From positions 395,044 to 446,546 of the forward strand of contig NMRA01000229.1 of assembly GCA_002633005.1 (NCBI GenBank): a DNA stretch of 51,503 bases, written 5' to 3'. This document shows, piece after piece, positions 48,724-51,503 of the stretch. Under the pieces are notes generated by a model. That model did no database searches, was not told the DNA's origin, and worked only from the letters and a program-made list of their open reading frames with translations. Numbering within the stretch: the stretch's first letter is position 1; each line of letters starts with the position of its first letter. This DNA comes from Phoronis australis. Lineage: Eukaryota; Animalia; Phoronida. A program made the translations under genes and the position numbers.

Positions 48724-50873
48724 AGTAACACTGATGAATACGATCTACATGGACACTGCTCAAGATATTCTAACTGAAGTTCTATGATTGTGTCCTGAGA
48801 ACACCTCACTGGTTAGCTTTTTTGATCAGTTTTAATGCCTTCATTGAACGCATCAGTCAAAAACAACTTTACGCTTCCAATCATTATTTCTGACCTTTGT
48901 GACGTCAAAGCACACCCTATTGTACTGTAATACTATCCTGTTGTTTCGGTACTAGCTGCCTGCATTTTTTCACCTGCAAATGCAAAAATCAATGAGATAG
49001 TATAATAAAGTTATCTAGTCCATTAGCAGGCTACCTGTACAACAACTGTCAAACGCTCGTGAACACCATTCACACAACTAATTTTAGCCGATCCCTGTTC
49101 ACACAAACCAAACACAGCTTTTGCAACCAAAAATCAGTTCAAAAATCTCATGTGACTAAGAACCACGTGCATTACTCAGGGAACAGTGTGTGAGAAGTGT
49201 TTATAGGTAAAAAGGTGGATGCAACACCAGGAGTCGACCTTTTTGGATATGTAGCCATGTTTTGTGAATCCACAAAATGAGTTTACAAATCCAGATGCTG
49301 TGGTCATAAGTGAGAGAGTTAATTGTGCTGTTTGAGTAGTGTGATTACTACATTACTCCACGTCAAAAAATCCAGCCTAAATTTGTGGGAATGTTCAAGC
49401 CATGGTTGTGTAGGCTGTTGAGTAGCATGTTCCACAACAGCTTCACTTTTTGTTGCGTTGTAATACAGAACATCACACAGCGCATTTCCATTTTGACTAT
49501 TAAGTCAACTTGGAACAGTCAGTGGCTAAAATGCATAGCAAATTTACATGTCAAACTTATGGATTTGTAATGCCAACTTGAGTTCAACGAGCATGCTGTT
49601 AGATCATGAACTTCACCTTCTATTTCAATATCAGCGACTTTGGCAGCCTACTTTTTCTCCACATCATAGCGACGATCTTCAAGTGCTGTTGGCTGTTAAT
49701 TATGCCGGCCCATGCTAATTAACTTGCTGCTTGAGTTCGTTTTGAGAGACAAAAATGCTGTTACAACCATAGTTTGGACACAGGAATATCTTTGTCTTTC
49801 GATTGATGAAATTAGTGAAAGGTATCAATTAGGATGCAACATGGCGTTCCTCAACCACTAGTTCCATTGATTTGCAATCAAAAGCAGGATTCTCCAAAAT
49901 CATCCCATCTCCGATCACATATACTTTCCAAGCAACCACTTTACCTTTTGATATAGGTTACTTAGTTGTAAAGATTAGAATACAAATCTTTTTTAAAATC
50001 AAGCTATGACTTCCGGTCATGGTGGACTATTGTGCAGTTGACTGGACAGTGCTCTCCGTATGTTTTCCTGTAATTTAAATGCGTCCCTTGTCATTATGAG
50101 TGATAAGTCAGAACCAAATTCACAGAAAAAGAGATAGCCAGTAAAAACAGCGAGGAGTTGAGAAATAGCACGAAGTAGGTCACGAAATTGTTGCAGGCAT
50201 GGCCGGCATATCGAGCAGGCACAAAGGAAGCTAGTCTAACTGACGAGTTTAAAACTGCGCTTGTGGATCCAGAAGTTATTATGACAATTAAGAACATGTT
50301 ACAAGGTTGGATACATGAAAAGTTGAATGGACTTTCTGCAGGTTTAGAAATGCAGTTTGCGGAAAACATTAAAGAAAAAGACGTAATTGCGATAAGGCCA
50401 GACCTGTGCGATTTAAAGTCATATGATCCGTTTTTAAACGTTTTAAAACATCATGAATCGGCATAAAAACCATTGAAATATACTCTATGGCACTTAATTA
50501 GAACTTTTCGTAAGTATGGGGTCGATCTACTGCCTGTACATATTTTTCCTTTATTTTGTTAAAATCGGCGTGTTCAAAACGAACAAATGTTTCCATAATG
50601 CTGTATGGTTTGACCTTTCGACAACTCGAAACAGTCAGCTGTTTCCGGTACTGCTTCGAAGAAGAAAAGTTCGCCTAACCAGGTAATTTATTCGTTTCTT
50701 GAACATTTTGAAGACGATATTGTTCCCTGTATGAGCTGAACAGTCTTACTATTACGCTTAGAATTAGATGAAACTACATGTACAACGCCCCTAGTGGACA
50801 TAAAGATCCTAAAGAAAAGACTAATGGTCCTGTATTAACAATTACATTTCTTGTAAGAAAGAAAAACAAAGTA

Positions 50874-51503
50874 AACTAGAAAGATTATTGTCACGGCGTG
50901 ATAATAACGGACTCTGCGCGTGCGTATTACTGGAATTATTATGGGAAGTTACTGACAGTAACCCGTTTACCAATATGAAAACTATTAAGGAATTCTTTAA
51001 AATTGTAGGAGAAATTACACACTAATTTTTTGATGACCTTTCCAATAATTGACCTCTTCCGGTGTCTAGCTCAAAATTTTAGTTTGCACCTATTTCACCT
51101 GATTGGATGACCCGATTACATAGAAAAGTAATTTTTCAAATTGTCATGTTGACTTATACATGTGCACCGATTTTGAAAAAGATAGCTTTAAATCTGAAGG
51201 AGGAGTAGCATTTTGAAAATTATATGACTTTTGCACCAAACGACCTCTTCCAGTGCAATATGGAATATGATTATTGATTATATAACCAATCAAAATTTAT
51301 ATACTCTCAAAAGTCATATGCTGAATTTAAAGACCCTAGCTGCACCCAATTTGGAGTTATTAAGCGTCAAAGTTGGTCGGAAGAAGAATAAGAATAAGAA
51401 TAAGAATAAGAACTAGAAAGATTGTTGTCACGGTGTGACAATAACGGACTCTGCGCGTGCGTATTACTGGAATTATTAAGGGAAGTTACTGACAGCAACC
51501 CGT
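50874..51503 (+). mobile_element. Head-to-tail HINE-like repeat, 537-bp period, running off the window edge
   Basis: AACTAGAAAGATT.TTGTCACGG.GTGA.AATAACGGACTCTGCGCGTGCG starts at 50874 and 51411. Each start has a small hairpin, and an (AAGAAT)n run precedes the second start. Confidence 0.75.

Noticed and set aside
49190-49760. Possible YqaJ-like exonuclease remnant on the - strand (EHATQQ..W..KFRL)
   Set aside because: It is a single weak motif with no catalytic residues recognised; a profile search is needed.
50188-50466. 92-aa ORF resembling a LINE ORF1 N-terminal coiled coil
   Set aside because: It has a TTG start, is short, and has no diagnostic downstream motifs.

Overview
This is AT-rich animal genomic DNA, probably from a marine invertebrate judging by its repeat families (inference), from a draft scaffold with a 646-N gap and a single N. 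I can support only one intact protein-coding gene: an intronless ORF on the - strand (7123-9069). It encodes a membrane-anchored protein with a GT-A-like stem and a LicD/FKRP-type nucleotidyltransferase domain. The rest is a dense, nested set of transposon relics. These include a P-superfamily element with TIRs, a 7-bp TSD and a THAP exon; three copies of a TTAA-inserting Kolobok-like non-autonomous element; and a 4.7-kb Sola3 element with a decayed spliced transposase. There are also Harbinger and MULE (CaRF-like) transposase remnants, a non-autonomous Ngaro-like tyrosine-recombinase element with split direct repeats, LINE ORF1 and RT fragments, hAT-like MITEs, Helentron-associated (HINE-like) repeats, several minisatellites and two near-perfect hairpins. 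I found no CRISPR, rRNA or tRNA. I cannot show a clearly new biological system. The best leads are the FKRP-like two-domain enzyme, the Ngaro derivative with the hydrolase upstream of the recombinase, and the Kolobok mini-element that keeps the 5' ends of both convergent genes. All family calls come from recognising motifs by eye, not from database searches. Coordinates of decayed elements are approximate.
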